From: a virus
Strand: one strand, 5' to 3'
Virus record (IMG/VR): IMGVR_UViG_3300045988_010956
Length of the DNA: 44,116 nucleotides
Part shown: positions 42,240-44,116 of the stretch, piece after piece
Numbering within the stretch: the first letter of the stretch is position 1
How the letters are laid out: every line of letters starts with the position of its first letter
Notes under the pieces: model-generated
Database searches by the model: none
What the model was told of the DNA's origin: nothing
Seen by the model: the letters and a program-made list of their open reading frames with translations, nothing else
Translations under genes and position numbers: made by a program

Positions 42240-43897
42240 CAGTTACCGAGCCTCCTAGAATATATCTTTATATTTGTTCCAACTGGAAATTTTTCTCCAT
42301 TAACAAGGTATATGTTAATCCTATTAATGATACTTATAACATCGGGATTTTTAATGCCATAAGCTTGATGGCGCAGATATTCAGAATTTGTCGCGCTAGC
42401 CGGATTAATTGCTGCGAAAGTATTATTTTCTCCAATCCATAGGCCCCCAATATCCCTCATTTTGCCTATATAATACTTATAATCTTTTGCCATAAATATA
42501 TTATTATATATTTTGTCATTATTAAATGAAATCCATCCGTTTGTATTTTTTGTTGCCGCATTCGGAAGTTCAATGTAAACAATAATATCTTTTTCATTTA
42601 AAGCATTACCATTGTCTTTTTGTGTATACGTAATACTTACTGTTTCTTCTTCCAGTGTGGTACTGATAATTACAGCGTAATCACCAACCCCCATCCTCTC
42701 CCTAGCTGCCGCCTGTTCCTCTGCTATCCATGCAGCACCTTTTCCATCACACATGGCGGCTTTGACGGCGTAGTCAAGAGAGTAGTTAGGCACAATCGGA
42801 CAAAATGAATTATTCCTTGCATCAATGTTTGATTTTGATGCTGCTTGTATTCTGATAAGTCCCGTACTCGCATCAGCTTTTACAATGCCACCTCTTGTCA
42901 CATATTTATCTATAGTTACTAATCCTGCCTTTTCTGTTTTCGTAGCAAGCGGTATCTCCGCCACACCATCTTGCACGATACTCTCACCATTAATCTGGAC
43001 GTCTAAGTTGCTTCCACCATCATCCGCCCACTCGCAGACGAATGTGCCGTCTTCGTTGACGGACTTGATTTTGAGGATTTTACCAACTTCGGGAGTTGGG
43101 GGAGAATCAAGAAATCCGCTGTCATTTTCTAGCTCAGATGTCTTTGTTGGAATCTTTGTATTATCTGGTAATGCACCAACTTCTTCCGCAGTATATGTCG
43201 GTTTTTCTGGTTGTTTCGCCCAGTCTGGAACTGTTGGGTCGGTCTCTTCAAACGGGTGTTCTTGCATATACGCGCCGACAGCTTCTTTGATTTCTTCCGT
43301 AGACGCACCGCCTGTCATGTCCTTCGCTTCGAAATCTGTCGGTTTGCCGTCTGTACCGACTTCTTTTACTGCTATTACCTGTCCAACCTTTGCGGACTGC
43401 GGTCGAGTGATTTTCTCTGACAGGTCAAGATTCAGATTGTCACGTATTTGCTCCGTATCTTTCGCTGCTTTTTCTGCCCGATCAGCCGCGTTATTGACCG
43501 CTGTAACCGTTTCATGGAAAATATTCGGTTCCGGTGCTGGATCTACGCTTGGATTCTCTGGCTTTGGTCGACTGTACACCGGAATAGTAATTCTGTACTC
43601 TGTATTGCCGGATTCCTCATCAGCCACATATATGAATGCATAGATGGAAAAATCACCAGACTTTCCATTGTTTTTCAGTAATTCGTCTGGAATCTTAACA
43701 GTTGTCACGCCATCCATTGTTGTTCCAACTCTTGACAGTGTGCTTCCGCCTCTTATATCGAGGCTAAAATGTACCTCCGTAGCTGTTGGAAGATTCTGTC
43801 CCGTGATGCTCAATATCTGACCGTAGTCGTATTGCCAGATTTTACGGGTTGTCACGAATCTATAATCTAATTGTACTGGTATGATATTAGTGTCCAT
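42239..43897 (-). CDS. Tail-fibre-like protein (BppU-N-like N-terminus)
   Basis: The start MDTNIIPVQLDYRFVTTRKIWQYDYGQILSITGQNLP has RBS GGAGAGGAG. It contains the fibre-type motif TKTSELENDSGFL and an AT-rich C-terminal domain. The track ORF starts at 43963. Confidence 0.6.
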   Translation of the reverse strand: MDTNIIPVQLDYRFVTTRKIWQYDYGQILSITGQNLPTATEVHFSLDIRGGSTLSRVGTTMDGVTTVKIPDELLKNNGKSGDFSIYAFIYVADEESGNTEYRITIPVYSRPKPENPSVDPAPEPNIFHETVTAVNNAADRAEKAAKDTEQIRDNLNLDLSEKITRPQSAKVGQVIAVKEVGTDGKPTDFEAKDMTGGASTEEIKEAVGAYMQEHPFEETDPTVPDWAKQPEKPTYTAEEVGALPDNTKIPTKTSELENDSGFLDSPPTPEVGKILKIKSVNEDGTFVCEWADDGGSNLDVQINGESIVQDGVAEIPLATKTEKAGLVTIDKYVTRGGIVKADASTGLIRIQAASKSNIDARNNSFCPIVPNYSLDYAVKAAMCDGKGAAWIAEEQAAARERMGVGDYAVIISTTLEEETVSITYTQKDNGNALNEKDIIVYIELPNAATKNTNGWISFNNDKIYNNIFMAKDYKYYIGKMRDIGGLWIGENNTFAAINPASATNSEYLRHQAYGIKNPDVISIINRINIYLVNGEKFPVGTNIKIYSRRLGN

Positions 43898-43962
43898 CTT
43901 ACTCCTCTCCGAATAATGTTGGTTCGTCTGGCTAAGCTTCTTTAACCATTGTTCTAATCTCA

Positions 43963-44116
43963 TTACTCTTCTTCAAAAAAATCTCTCGTTTTGTTTTCCT
44001 CTTTGGCTTCTTGTGAAATTTTTTTTGCTTCCTCTTCGGTATATCCATAAAATTTCATCAAATAACGCCAAAATGCTACATGCCCGGAATTTACATAACT
44101 GTACCACGTCATCCTG
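43963..44116 (-). CDS. Portal protein C-terminal end (continuation of 1..1397 across the junction)
   Basis: In the same frame across the 99-bp overlap: ...FYGYTEEEAKKISQEAKEENKTRDFFEEE, then TAA at 43963..43965. Confidence 0.8.
   Translation of the reverse strand, partial: RMTWYSYVNSGHVAFWRYLMKFYGYTEEEAKKISQEAKEENKTRDFFEEE
44018..44116. repeat. Terminal direct repeat, copy 2
   Basis: Identical to 1..99. Confidence 0.95.

Overview
The window is one complete temperate siphovirus-like phage or prophage genome from a Gram-positive host. The protein families suggest a gut Clostridia/Lachnospiraceae-type host, but that is inference. Bases 1..99 are identical to 44018..44116, so the unique length is about 44,017 bp. 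The contig is circularly closed, and the portal gene runs across the window ends. Almost all genes are on the minus strand. Read in the direction of transcription, the order is as follows. (1) A cro-like switch at about 17.05 kb. (2) An early/replication operon at 16.8 to 3.6 kb, containing an AAA ATPase, a DUF669-like protein, two nucleases, a CHC2 zinc-finger protein, a DUF927/Cch-like helicase, an iteron origin and many small ORFs. (3) The packaging, head, tail and lysis genes, from 3.5 kb through the junction down to 21.3 kb. The only plus-strand block is the lysogeny island at 17.2 to 21.2 kb. It holds an XRE repressor, a LytTR response regulator with a zinc-ribbon/TM/OB-fold partner, and a large serine recombinase.

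The most interesting features are:
- A roughly 3.3-kb cargo island inside the head-morphogenesis module (36871..40103). It encodes N/Q/G/C-rich, exosporium-like or unclassifiable proteins and has its own terminators.
- A tRNA-Asn next to that island, preceded by a roughly 330-nt GC-rich non-coding leader that may be a structured RNA.
- Three identical 19-bp elements at fixed spacing from extended -10 boxes, which look like phage-specific late promoters.
- A tail-fiber-like/XkdW-position/XkdX-like trio inserted between the portal and MuF genes.
- A fused small-plus-large terminase.
- A holin displaced into the neck module.
- An orphan LytTR regulator operon in the lysogeny module.

All functional calls come from motif recognition by eye. 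No database search was run.
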